From: Eledone cirrhosa
Lineage: Eukaryota
NCBI GenBank assembly: GCA_964016885.1
Contig: OZ024754.1
Coordinates: forward strand, 11,656,001-11,720,000
Direction: 5' to 3'
Length of the DNA: 64,000 nucleotides
Each line of letters opens with the position of its first letter. Position 1 is the first letter of the stretch. This document shows, in pieces, positions 1 to 14,070 of this stretch. A program made the position numbers and the translations under genes. The notes beneath the pieces are model-generated. The model searched no databases. It saw only the letters and a program-made list of their open reading frames with translations, and was not told the DNA's origin.

Positions 1-483
1 TTTAAAGTGTTCATATCTATATTAAAAAAAAACACCCATCATAATTTTATTACTAAATCCCTACAAATTTTTGATCATTTTTAATATTATTTGAAAACCA
101 TAGACAATGTAATTCATTAGAAATATGGTAATGATATGGTTAATTCTTAATGTGATGCAGTCAATTATGAGGAAAATAATGTATATATGTTTGTTAATTG
201 ATTCTTAACATCCTGTAAATATTTAGCAGAAAATATCTAAAATATCTATAGAGAAAATATTTTTATATTATGACTGATAAGTTTCAGAAAGCCTTTACAA
301 TGCAGTAGAAATATATAAAGGGCAAAGGATGACAAAACAAAAAGCAATGTTTCGTTTGTTTTTACCTAGTATATTCCAACATATTTCAGAGTCAAAACGA
401 AAACGGTTCCAAACAAAAAAAGTACGATCGATGTGTTTTTCCCTAGCTGGTCTAAGTGTCTAGAATATGCATATGTGGAGCAT

Positions 484-1030
484 TTATAGTAGCCACTCTG
501 CTTCATGCAATTCTAATCTATTATTTATTAGTGGATTTTGCATATGAATGATTAGAGCCTCTTTGATTCTTAAATTCCCCACATTTCTTTCTGTTGCCTC
601 TATGGTGACCTCAATGCTTTGTCTGTGGCATATGTCAAGGTGTTTTTTGACAGAAGCTCTCATTGTCATGAGCTCTTTGATCTGTATGTGCAGCATTTGG
701 ACTGTACTTCCGATGTACGAGGAGCTACATTTTTTACATGTGACCTTGTAGACTACATACAATTTTTTAATAGGTTTGTTTGCAGAAATAATCATGGTTA
801 TGTAATTTGTTTTTGTCCTGACTGGTTTCAGCTATGGGTTGCCTTTCAAAGTTTCATTTGTACTGGTGTTGTGTATTTTTTAACATGTATTGGTATGTAT
901 TATTAATGTCCCCTCTTGTTAATTCAGATATTTATAGTATCTTTACTAATGAATAGATTCTTGTAGAAATTTGCAGATGTAGTTATAGTGCTGTTTTATA
1001 CTTTTCAAGAATGTCTTGCTAATGCAGTTT
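484..1030 (-). mobile_element. Degenerate Penelope-like element, GIY-YIG endonuclease end
   Basis: ORF 484..795: VVYKVTCKKCSSSYIGST...KKH...LRIKEALII...P.IN, the Penelope GIY-YIG with CxxC. Upstream sequence is disrupted. Confidence 0.85.
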
Positions 1031-1494
1031 CATGTGATACAAGATGTTAAGGAAGAAAACATGTAAGGAACTGATTGATGATAAGATAGGACCAATGGAA
1101 ACATAGTTTCTATTGATTTTCCATTACTGATACTATCTGCTGGTCGTACATCCTGGCAAAAGGAGGTAGGGATTGAATTCAGAATGCCCAAACCCAAATC
1201 GGATAATAGAAAGCATCCTATCTGACTTTTTAAAAATAATTCTGCCAATCCACCACCAAAGGACTGGTACTTTATTGATCTCAAAAGGATAAACTCAGAG
1301 TGCAGTGAATCAGAAGAAATACCAAGGTTTTTAATCTGACACCACCTTAATGACTGCCAATTTGCCATATGTGAAAAATTATTTTAAAAAGAGATTGTTT
1401 TATTTATATAAAACTATATATAAAATATATAAATTATATATATTAAATGAAATATATAAATTATACCAAATATTAAAAAAAATTTTCAAGCTAA

Positions 1495-1850
1495 TACTTG
1501 TTTTATTGGTGAATAGAAAAAGAAGAGAAAGGCAAGGGCTCTACAGAAGAATGGGAGGGTGATGGGCTCTGGGCCTAGGGTACAGCGGTGTTGGGGATGG
1601 CCCCAGTGGAGAAAACCGCATTTCCGCAGACAATGGCCAGCGACACCCACTGCAACAGCCACCCCACCTCATTGGGCTCCTTCCTCAGACACACTGCTAA
1701 TGTTTTGATCTAGTGGAGGAGCTCGGCAGTATATCAGAGGTCTCGACAGCAACCGGTGCCAAGTGGCCAGACAATACCCAGTATTTGTTTGTCTTCTTTT
1801 CCTCTGCATTGTGGGCCACAGTACGGGGTTTGTGGCCGAAGCAACTAAGT
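1495..1850 (-). mobile_element. 3' fragment of a CRE-like non-LTR retrotransposon (RLE endonuclease end)
   Basis: Minus-strand frames read AEEKKTNKY...LAPVAVET and EPNEVGWLLQWVSLAIVCGNA, matching the RLE C-terminal pattern AE.KK..KY/P.AVET.G/QR.S.A..RGNA. GC-rich and followed by AATAAA. Confidence 0.7.
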
Positions 1851-2909
1851 TATTTAAATTATAAAATAGATTTGACGTTAATTAATAAAGATCCCATAAC
1901 TCCTTGTGGAGTTGTAGAGGCGCCATCATACTGTGTATCTAGGGCACTTTTAAGTGCCTGGCAGAGCCCAACCTTCTCCAGGTCTGAACACAGCCAATTT
2001 TTTCTATAGAGGAAGAATCAACCCCAGTACTGGACTTGTATTTTTTTTATCAACTTCAAAAGGATGAAAGGCAAAGTTGACCCCTGTGGGATTTGAACTC
2101 AGAGCACACACTGAGGTGGGACAAATACAATAAAGCATTCTTTTCAATGTCTTAATGACTGCCAATTCACTGCTGATAATTAGCAACTCATTAAAAACAA
2201 GTAAATGAAAAATATATAATTTTGATTTGGTTAAAAATAGAAAAAATTCTGTTTCCATATTTTTTTAAATAAATTTGCATCAAAATTTATCCATTTAAAT
2301 AATTTCCAAATAGACAAAAAAAAAAAAAAATACCATTCATAAACAGACATTTATAAATATCACAGATAGATTGTGTAGTCACAACAATAATAAACAATAT
2401 ACAACATATAATAATAAATACTACTAGTATTACTACAATGGAATAATGCTGCTAATACTACTAGAGCCACCAAATACCACAACAACAACAACAACAACAA
2501 CCATCATCATCAATGCTTTGAAAAATAAGTAATCATTAGCCACCATTTACATCACATCAAGCAGAACATTTTTACAGTATATGGATTGAGACAGAACAGT
2601 CTACTAACAAAAAGAAATTATATACTTGACTCCATTCAGTGTGATTTCAGAAAACATGAATATCAAAGTGTAACATTTATAGTATCAAAATTGTTGAAGA
2701 ATACTTTAAATAATCACATACCATTCAGTAGTATAACTCCTCCTCATTTACATCAGTGGTTCTCAGAGAACCAACTTCCCTCAATTCCAGCCCACCATTT
2801 TGAATTGTCACTTAGTAAATTTTTAAGGTATTTTTATTTAAATTTAAAACTTCCATCAATTCTTAGTTAAATTTAAGACCATCATAATTTTATATAAGAA
2901 CCATGTTAA

Positions 2910-3115
2910 CCCTTTAGCATTTACATTACTCTATACTTACTATTGTATTTTTGTGGTAAAGGCTTTATCTTACATATTATCTCATATAATATTGAATCTA
3001 TGAGATTTTGATGTTTATTTTGAGAACAATACCTTAACATCAATATGAGTGGCCAGTTTGAACTGAAAGGGGTGAGAGAGTTCTGACCGATATGGCCAGT
3101 TTAAATGCTAAAGGG
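2910..3115. mobile_element. piggyBac-type MITE (~205 bp)
   Basis: TTAA target duplication on both sides; TIRs CCCTTTAGCATTTA / TAAATGCTAAAGGG. Related copies at ~5585-7320, ~9220-9425, ~41447-41800, 42024-42227 and 58569-58777. Confidence 0.85.
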
Positions 3116-3759
3116 TTAAGTTACAGTCTTAGTAATGAAATAATTTTAGTAAATTCTTCCAAATTCTACCTTAACTCATTAAAATGCTATATATATCATT
3201 ACAAACACAGTCACAAGAGAGTTAACAAAGCATAAGGCCAATTTTTATATGGAAGATTGTAGAATCAATTGAATCTTTTCCAGTATGCTAGTTTTCTATT
3301 AACTGGTTATATTTGGTGTCAGAAAAAGAAAATTACAACCTCAAGTGTGTAAAGCATATTATCTGATTCTTCACTAATTCTACCAACGCCATCATCCCGT
3401 TTAACAATCCAACTGAATGTGTCTCTGACTCTATGATGCAAAATATTTTTCTTTTAAAGCATTCATATTTAAATTATAACCATTCATCATAATTTTATAC
3501 AAGTATCTTTAATTAATTTAGCTTAATGTAAAAGTTGCTTATCTTATAAAATCTTTACAAATTCTTCATTATTTTCTAAACTAATCAAAATACATGGGCA
3601 GTTTATCCGCTAGAAATATTGTCAATTAAGTGTTTTTAACCCTTTTTATACCAACCTGGCCAAAACCAACTCTAGTTCTATGAAACAAAAACACCCATTT
3701 TAAAGTGTTCCTATTTAAATTAAACACTTTTAGTTAAATTTTATTTCAGAACCATATGG

Positions 3760-4362
3760 CAGCAATTCTGGAGGAGGGGTACTATATTTGATTGACTCCA
3801 AGAGGATGAAAGGTGAAGTTGACCTCAGCAGGATTTGAACTCAGAACGTAAAAAGTTGTAAATAAATGCAGCAAAACATTTTGTGTGCCACTAATAATTC
3901 TGCTAATCCTCCACCCTAATAATGTTTTTTTAATTTAGGCACAAGGCCAGCAATTTGGAGGAAAGGGAAGTCAAGTATTGATCCAAGTACTTGACTGGAA
4001 CTTCATTTTATTGGAAGGATGAAAGGCAAAGTTGACTTCAACGGGACTTGAACTCACACTGTAAAGGGTTTTAAATACATGCCTCAAACATTCTCTCCAA
4101 TGCTCTAAGGCTTCTACCAACCCACCACTCTAATAATAGTAAATGTTTCTGATTTAGGCACAAGGCCAACAATTTTTTTGGGGGAAAGGAAAGTCGATTA
4201 AATCAACCCCAGTGTGTATCTGGTACTTTATTTTATTGACCCCGTGAGGATGAAAGGCAAAGCTAACCTTGGTGGGAATTGAAATCAGAATGTAAAGGGC
4301 CGAAACCCTATGCTGCAAAGGATGGTGTCTGATGCTCTACCGATACTGCCAATCCACCACCC
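3760..4362 (-). mobile_element. Three tandem tRNA-derived SINEs
   Basis: Each reads, on the minus strand, A-box TGGCAGTATCGG, B-box GAGTTCAAATCC, core GCCTTTCATCC...GGTCRATAAAATAAAGTACCAG and an (ATT)n tail. Further copies at ~1200-1350 and ~2010-2170. Confidence 0.85.
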
Positions 4363-4760
4363 TAATAATAATAATAATTTCTTTATTGGTCATAGTAATG
4401 ATTGCTTTTACAACTCAGCATTTGAAAAGAAGCTCTTTACCTTGATATATCAAGGAGAAATATATTGTTTTGTTTGGTCATTCTTTTACTCCAGTACCAT
4501 CTTTATTACATATCTCACAATGTTTCATATAAACTATATCGCTTTACAATGCCATCAATTTTAAGTGAGGAGCAGCAGCAGCTCAAATAATTATACCAAA
4601 TTATGTAAATACAAACTACAACTAACTTTATTGGCCATCACTGAAAGAGCAATATTCACTCGGTTATATACTATTGTGACTACTACTAAATTCATTGACC
4701 TCTTTGTGGTGACATAAAACCTTTCCATCACACGATCCAACATTAACTAACTCAGTTATA

Positions 4761-4926
4761 CAGTGAAATTCCGTTATAACGAAATCCACGAGGTATAAAA
4801 AAAAAAATTTGTTGTAACGAAAAATTCTTTATAACGAGATCGACCAAAACACATCGAGTGTGTGGCTGGCCGGGGTTTGAAATCAATTTCGTTATAATGG
4901 TATTTGTTATAACAGAATTCTACCTG
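4761..4926. mobile_element. Tc1/mariner (pogo/Tigger-like) MITE
   Basis: TA|CAGTGAAATTCCGTTATAAC ... GTTATAACAGAATTCTACCTG|TA, with internal repeats of GTTATAAC. Confidence 0.75.
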
Positions 4927-5074
4927 TATACACATTCTACTAATTCTTTTACTATGAGAGTTTCAGTTATTCGATTGCTGGGGTATTCAGGATTACATTC
5001 CATCCCTGTCCCCACCACTACTTTATTTTATTAATTTGGTAAATATGAAATGTAAAATGGACTTGGTCAACATT

Positions 5075-5472
5075 CAAACTCAGATCATAATGGGAAAGGA
5101 TGTAACCAAAGATTTGAACTCAGATCGTAATGGGAAAGGATGTAACCAAAGATTTGAACTCAGATCGTAATGGGAAAGGATGTAACCAAAGATTTGAACT
5201 CAGATCGTAATGGGAAAGGATGTAACCAAAGATTTGAACTCAGATCGTAATGGGAAAGGATGTAACCAAAGATTTGAACTCAGATCGTAATGGGAAAGGA
5301 TGTAACCAAAGATTTGAACTCAGATCATAATGGGAAAGGATGTAACCAAAGATTTGAACTCAGATCGTAATGGGAAAGGATGTAACCAAAGATTTGAACT
5401 CAGATCGTAATGGGAAAGGATGTAACCAAAGATTTGAACTCAGATCGTAATGGGAAAGGATGTAACCAAAGA
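5075..5472. repeat. 40-bp minisatellite (~10 copies) derived from a SINE B-box region
   Basis: Unit GATTTGAACTCAGATCGTAATGGGAAAGGATGTAACCAAA, embedded in a decayed SINE. Confidence 0.9.
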
Positions 5473-5589
5473 TCAGAAAGTATTTTTTCTGATGCTCCAA
5501 CGACTTTGTCATCTCCTCACCATATTTCACATACTTTTCTAAATGTTTAAATTGAAGTTAAATTTTCCATGATTATCTCAACTTTTAAC

Positions 5590-7205
5590 TCTTTAGCATT
5601 TACATTACTCTATATATACTATTATATTTTCACAGTAAAGACTTTACCTCACATAATATCTCACATAACATTTACATTACTCTATATTTACTATTATATT
5701 TTCACAGTAAAGGCTTTATTTTACATAATATCTCATAACATTTACATTACTCTATATATACTATTGTATTTTCACAGTAAAGGCTTTACCTCACAATATC
5801 TCACATAACATTTACATTACTCTATATATACTATTATATTTTCACAGTAAAGGCTTTACCTCACATAATATTTACATTACTCTATATATACTATTGTATT
5901 TTCATGGTAAAGGCTTTACCTCACATAATATCTCGCATAACATTTACATTACTCTATATTTACTATTGTATTATCACAGTAAAGGCTTTACCTCACATAA
6001 TATCTCGCATAACATTTACATTACTCTATATATACTATTATATTTTCACAGTAAAGGCTTTACCTCACATAATATCTCACATAACATTTACATTACTCTA
6101 TATTTACTATTATATTTTCACAGTAAAGGCTTTACTTCACAATATCTCACATAACGTTTACATTACTCTATATTTACTATTATATTTTCACAGTAAAGGC
6201 TTTATTTTACATAATATCTCACATAACATTTACACTACTGTATATATACTATATTTTCACAGTAAAGGCTTTACTTCACACAATATCTCGCATAACATTT
6301 ACATTACTCTATATATACTATTATATTTTCACAGTAAAGGCTTTACCTCACAATATCTCACATAACATTTACATTACTCTATATATACTATTATATTTTC
6401 ACAGTAAAGGCTTTACCTCACACAATATCTCGCATAACATTTACATTACTCTATATATACTATTATATTTTCACAGTAAAGGCTTTACCTCACATAACAT
6501 TTACATTACTCTATATATACTATTATATTTTCACAGTAAAGGCTTTACCTCACAATATCTCACATAACATTTACATTACTCTATATATACTATTGTATTT
6601 TCACAGCAAAGGCTTTACCTCACATAATATCTCACATAACATTTACATTACTCTATATATACTATTATATTTTCACAGTAAAGGCTTTACCTAACAATAT
6701 CTCACATAACATTTACATTACTCTATATATACTATTATATTTTCACAGTAAAGGCTTTACCTCACATAATATCTCATAACATTTACATTACTCTATATTT
6801 ACTATTATATTTTCACAGTAAAGGCTTTATTTTACATAATATCTCACATAACATTTACACTACTGTATATATACTATATTTTCACAGTAAAGGCTTTACC
6901 TCACATAATATCTCATAACATTTACATTACTCTATATATACTATTATATTTTCACAGTAAAGGCTTTACTTCACACAATATCTCGCATAACATTTACATT
7001 ACTCTATATATACTATTATATTTTCACAGTAAAGGCTTTACCTCACACAATATCTCGCATAACATTTACATTACTCTATATATACTATTATATTTTCACA
7101 GTAAAGGCTTTACCTAACAATATCTCACATAACATTTACATTACTCTATATATACTATTATATTTTCACAGTAAAGGCTTTACCTCACATAATATCTCAC
7201 ATAAT
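5590..7205. repeat. ~60-72-bp minisatellite (~23 copies) amplified inside a piggyBac-type MITE
   Basis: Unit ACATTTACATTACTCTATATATACTATTATATTTTCACAGTAAAGGCTTTACCTCACATAATATCTCACATA equals the left subterminal part of the 2910-3115 MITE. The rest of the MITE resumes at 7205-7320. Confidence 0.9.
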
Positions 7206-7419
7206 ATCGAATCTATGAGATTTTGATGTTATTTATTTTGAGAACAATACCTTAATGTAGGTATCAGCAGCAAGTTATGGCCGGTTTAAACAGAAAGTGG
7301 TGAGAGAATTCTGGCTGGATACGTAGGTGGGGGTGGAGGGAACATTCATTTTCTTTTTGTTTGCATGTTTTTCTTGTTTTTGTTTGTTATCAATTTTAAC
7401 TCAATATACGCTTTATAAT

Positions 7420-8100
7420 GGTTTCTAATATTGACACAAGCCCAACAATTACCCCAGTGCAATACTGCAGCTTCATTTTATCGATTCCGTAAAGATGAAG
7501 GGCAAAGTTAACCTCGACGGGATTTGAACTCAGATCATAAAGGGCCGTAACTCTATGCTGCAAAGAATGGTGTCCGATGCTCCACTAATACTGCCAATCC
7601 ATCGCCCTGTGGATTGGCAGTATCGGTACTCTTTATAATGGTTTCTAGGCCACCATCTTTTCGTGGATGGGGATGGTGGACTGTGTGGAGAAAGAAAAAG
7701 ATGATTATATCAACCCCAGTACTTGTCTGGTATTTTACCTACCGGGAGGATGAAAGTTAAAGTTCACCTCAGCAGGATTTGAACTGAAAACAAAAAGAGC
7801 CAGAAGAAATGCCACAAAGTATTGTATCAGGCACTCTAACGCTTCTGCCAATCCACCAACCCTATTGATAATTGTTTCTAATTTAGGTACAAAGCCAGCA
7901 GTTCTTTTTAGGGGATGGGGAAGGGGGTGAGTGCAGTACTTGATTGTAGAACTTAACTGTGATATTTTTATTTTATTGACTTAAAAAAAAGATGAAAGGC
8001 AAAATTGGCCTTAGCAGGACTTGAACTCAGAATGCAGAGAGCTGGAATGAAAACCGAATAAGGCAAAGTACTTTCTAAGATGTTCTAACAACCATGCCAG
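7420..8100 (-). mobile_element. Cluster of three tRNA-SINE copies
   Basis: Same A/B-box and core motifs as 3760-4362; another copy at ~8920-9105. Confidence 0.8.
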
Positions 8101-8273
8101 TTTGTATAACCTAGCTCATAGTATAGCCTAGCTTTCATAGTATAGCCTAGCTACTCTACATAAAAAAAAAAAACATAGGATTTTATAAACACAAAGTAAT
8201 ATAAAGTTAATGATTGATATATGAAACAGTAGGGGAAAATGTTTAAAATGTAATAAAATGTTCCATTTCTCAC

Positions 8274-8383
8274 CCTAATTTTAAAGGCAGGCCAACTTGA
8301 TAAAAAGTTTCATCCATCAGTAGCATAGTTGACTCGTCATTATTGCCAGAATCATGCAAATTCAGATTGTGATTGGATTCAGC
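8274..8383 (-). CDS. ATP6V0A1: V-ATPase subunit a, coding exon 5, variable linker (AESNHNLNLHDSGNNDESTMLLMDETFYQVGLPLKL+G)
   Basis: 110 nt open in phase 0; ttttactag acceptor and GG|GTGAGA donor. It ends in PLKLG in phase 2, matching the PLRLG|FVAG junction of vertebrate a1. I did not find the next exon (FVAGVI...) in the window. Confidence 0.85.
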
Positions 8384-10049
8384 CTAGTAAAATTGATATC
8401 TTAACGTAAATAGGCGTGGAGAGATATCCCTTCCCTTGGTTGAACACCAGTGATTAGTAAGGAAATTACTGTTAGTGAAAGACTATAGTATGCAGGGAGA
8501 GAGCAAGAGAGAGTCACTAGATAGATATGGAGGAAATAGAAGGAAGGAGATGGGGGGGGACAACAACAACGTTAACAAAAAATAAAAATAATAATAAAGA
8601 GATTTGAGTAGCTTTCAGAACTGTTTTTCAATGTCATATCAACAGCAAAATTAAGCAATGTAAAATACATGGTCTTTATATTTTGAGAAATTTATAGGAA
8701 ATATTTTAAAACAAGTTTATTTAATTGCAAACACAAGACCTTCTGTAAATAGATCATCTAAAATGTTATATTGACCCAATCAAATCTATATGATTTGGAC
8801 TTTTTTTTTTAGAGTTCATTTATATTGTAATCAGCTTTTGGTCTAAATTAGACACTCGTTCTCTGTATTTAACCCTTTTGTTACCATATTTCTAATAACA
8901 AATACCTTCTTAATTGTTCTTTCTAACATAAGCACAAAGCCAGCAATTTAAGGGAAAGGGAAAGTCGATTATCTTGAACCCAGTACATTACTGGTACTTT
9001 ATTTTATCAACCCCAGAAGGACGAAAGGCAACATTGGTCTCAGCGGGATTTGAACTTGGAATATAAAGAGACTGAACAAATACTAATAGGCATTTGTCCA
9101 ATGTTTGAGGTCAATTTTGACTAATTTCAAATTCTACATAAATAAGGTGCTAAAATATTTTGGCTTTGGCAGTGTTTCACATATTTCCTATTGCTTTTGA
9201 TATATTTTCCATGAATAATTACATTACTCTATATACACTATTGTATAGATAATATCTCATAGATTCGATATTATCTTACATAATATCGAATCTATGAGAT
9301 TTTGATATTATTTATTTTGAGAACAATATCTTAACATTAGTATGAGCAGCCAGTTACGACTGGTTTGAACAGAAAGATGTGAGAGAATTCTGGCTGGATT
9401 TCACTGGTTTAAATGCTAAAGGGTTAAATTTGATTCCCAACATAATTTTATATAGAAACAGAATGGTTAAGTTACTATCATATTAATACTGTTTTCATTA
9501 TTCTTTGATTTATTGAATTACAGAGTGACGAAAGGGTTAAAGGTTAAATATTAAACTGTTTATCTCTGAACATTATAAATATATGATATAACATGTTGAT
9601 GCCGTCAGACAGATACCCAAATCTCCACAAACCATGCAACAAAAACAAATAAATAACATTTAATCTATATAACAATAATATATAAAATTTAAATAATTTT
9701 TCTAAAAAAAAAAAAGAAGGTGATTTATGATAGAATAACATACGCTGACAAACAATACAAAACTTTCGAAATTATGCAGCGTTATATATAAGACATTTAT
9801 TTTAATGAAAAAAAAAAAAATAGGATTTGCTTATATAGTCAACATCAAAAATAACAAATGAATTGATTATTGATTTATGATTTGGTGGCTTTTATTTTTG
9901 GTCCCTTCAATAAAAAAAATATTCATAAAAATAAAAACACTGAGAACTTTAAAAAAGCTTGCAAAATATCAATGAATCACAAGCATAAATAAAAATGATT
10001 TTTTCATATATTTTAGTTAAACATCTTCCACTTAAATATTGCTTACATA

Positions 10050-10581
10050 TATATAATGTATGTATATGAAAATATATATAATATATATGAATATATATAC
10101 ATATATGAATATAATATATATGAATATAATATATATGAATATAATATATATGAATATAATATATATGAATATAATATATATGAATATAATATATATGAAT
10201 ATAATATATATGAATATAATATATATGAATATAATATATATGAATATAATATATATGAATATATATATATGAATATATATATATGAATATATATATATAT
10301 CTGAATTTAATATATATGGATATAATATATATAATTGTTTCTACTTTAGGCACAACGCCAGCAATTACCCAGTTCATTACTGGTACTTTATTTTATCGAC
10401 CCCGTAAGGATGAAATATATATATAATATATATGGATAGGATATATATGAATATAATATATATAATATATATATATATGAATAAATGATATATATGAATA
10501 TAATATATATATATATAAATATATGATATATATGAATATATCATATATATATATATATATGAATATATGATATATATGAAT

Positions 10582-10617
<36 letters not shown>

Positions 10618-10729
10618 TATATGATATATATGAATACAATATATATATATATATATATATGAATATATGATATATATTTATATATATATATATATATATA
10701 TATTGTATTCATATATGATATATATGAAT

Positions 10730-10779
<50 letters not shown>

Positions 10780-10797
10780 TATATGATATATATGAAT

Positions 10798-10855
<58 letters not shown>

Positions 10856-10865
10856 ATATATATGA

Positions 10866-10904
<39 letters not shown>

Positions 10905-11184
10905 GCACTGTACACAATATTTCATTATTGTTATTGTTATTATATCATGACTCATACACTGTTTATTTTCCTGACATTTGTACATTATTCTATGTACTAT
11001 ACATGCACCTTTGATGAGTTGTAGTGCACCTGAGCACTGTACACAATAATTTCATTATTATTATTATATATATGATATATATGAATATAATATATATATA
11101 TGAATATAATATATATAATATATATATATATATATACGATATATATGAATATAATATATATATATATATATATGATATATATGA

Positions 11185-11220
<36 letters not shown>

Positions 11221-13674
11221 CTATATGAATATAATATATATATATATGATATATATGAATATAATATATATACATATGAATATATATGAATATATACATG
11301 AATATATATGAATATATATGAATATATACATGAATATATATGAATATAATATATATATATATATATATAATATATGAATATAATATATATATGAATATAA
11401 TATATATATGAATATATACATGAATATATATGAATATAATATATATATATATATAATATATGAATATAATATATATATATAAATATAATATATATATATG
11501 AATATAATATATATATATGAATATAATATATGAATATAATATATATGAATATAATATATATATATATATATATGAATATAATATATATATATGAATATAA
11601 TATATGAATATAATATATATATAAACAATATGCCCCCGTCTGCCGCCGAAACAATTGTAACACACAATAAATTAAGTTCAGATGCATCACTGATTTTTCG
11701 TTTTCTATTATATCATACTCTGCTCTATTCATATATATTCATATATTCATATATGTTATATATATCTAATACTAGCAGTGGTACCCGGTGTTGCACAGGA
11801 GAAGGTATTTTGGAACGCGGGCTGCCAACAGACCTAATCGTGGAAAAACTGCATGCCTGGACAATATATAAAGAAAATAAACCGAATACTCTGATGGTTA
11901 GATAATCTATAAGATTTTCCTTGATGAAGCAGGAAAAATGCAGGTTTTCACCTAATGCGGGCCCTAGGGGATCAAGAAAATAAATTTTTTTTATGTGCAT
12001 AATATTTAAATTTCAGGAAAATCGGCTAGACATAACGCCTCAAAACAGCCCTAAAAAGATGGAAAAAAAATGAAGTTTTTCACCTAATGCAGACCGTAGG
12101 TTATAAAAAAGTTGGATTTTCTTTGCTCATGTATGAAGAAGAAACTGACTAATACATAGTTACAATTTCAAGGATATCGGTCGGACGTAATGACTCAAAA
12201 TAACCCTAAAAAGCTGATAAAACGCAGTTTTTCACCTAATATATATGAATATAGATATATATATAATATAATATATATAATATATATTATATAATATATA
12301 TAATATAATATTATATAATATATATAATATATCATCATCATCATCATTATCATCGTTTAACGTCTATCTTCCACGCTAGCATGGGTAGACAGCAATTGTC
12401 TCATTTGAGGTAAGATTGGTCGGGTGACCGTGTCTTGCTAGTATAGGACTATCTGGCAGGTTTTCTATGGTTGGATGCCCTTTGTAACATCAACCACATT
12501 TACCGTGTGGATTGGGAGCTTTTTACCGTGTTACCTACGCGACCACATTACAGCATGGACATTTTTTTACCTCCTTTTCTTAATATAATATATATATATA
12601 ATATAATATATATATATAGATAATATATATATATATATAATATATTATATATAATATATAATATAATATATATATAATATAATATAATATATATATATAT
12701 AATATAATATAATATATATATAATATAATATAATATATATATAATATATATATATAATATATTATAATATAATATAATATATAATATAATATATATTATA
12801 ATATAATATATATTATAATATAATATATATTATAATATAATATATATTATAATATAATATAATATATAATATATATTATAATATAATATAATATATATTA
12901 TAATATAATATATATATATATAATATAATATATATATTATAATATAATATAATATATTATAATATAATATATATATAGATAATATAATATATTATATAAT
13001 ATATATATAGATAATATGTATTATAATATAATATATAGATTATATATATATAATATTATTCAATAAACAACAACATAATTATTCCATTACCCAAGGTTTC
13101 ATGAAGTTAGACCAAAACATCTGTTTTGTTCATCAGATGAAATATCTTTATTATAGATATAGGATATGAAATTAAAATCTATTACAAATGAAAGTGACAG
13201 AAAAAATACATGTACACACACACAATCAGATATACATACATGCATACATACATAAAATTAAAGATAAAAATAAAGGTAAAAATATACATACACACACACA
13301 TATACACATACAAATATATATATATATATAATATAATATATATATAATATAATATGATATATGTAATATAATATATATATATATATAATATGATATATGT
13401 AATATAATATATATATATATATAATATGATATATGTAATATAATATATATATATATATAATGATATATATAATATAATATATATATATATATAATGATAT
13501 ATATAATATAATATATGTAATATAATATATATATATAATATAATATATGTAATATAATATATATATATAATATAATATATGTAATATAATATATATATAT
13601 AATATAATATATGTAATATAATATATATATATATATGTATAATATGCTATATATATATATATATATATATATGC

Positions 13675-13736
<62 letters not shown>

Positions 13737-14070
13737 GCTATATATATGCTATATATATATATAATATGATATATATATATGTATAATATGCTATATATAT
13801 ATAATATGATATAATTAATATGATATATATAATATGATATATATAATATGATATATATATATAATATGATATATATATATATATATGTATAATATGCTAT
13901 ATATATATGTATAATATGCTATATATATATAATATGATATAATTAATATGATATAATTAATATGATATATATAATATGATATATATATATAATATGATAT
14001 ATATATATAATATGATATATATATATATATATATAATATAATATGATATATATAATGTATATATATAATT
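10050..14070. repeat. Complex (TA)n / (ATATATGAATATA)n low-complexity region with small TE fragments
   Basis: Directly visible. Contains a SINE fragment (10335-10415), CR1 3' ends (10905-11070), a Helitron fragment and an RTE 3' end (12330-12570). Confidence 0.9.
11771..12240 (-). mobile_element. Non-autonomous Helitron fragment (3' end)
   Basis: Begins ACTAGCAGTGGTACCCGGTGTTGCAC, the reverse complement of a GC-rich hairpin-CTAG|T Helitron terminus. A similar end (ACTAGCTGAATTATCCG) lies at ~26090. Confidence 0.6.

Noticed and set aside
9611-9650. Possible 6-nt exon gag|ATTTGG|gtatct
   Set aside because: Rare GAG acceptor and weak donor.
9738-9765. ttttgtattgtttgtcag|C|gtatgt, an apparent 1-nt exon
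   Set aside because: It would shift the frame and I have no supporting evidence; probably chance, though cheap to check in junction reads.
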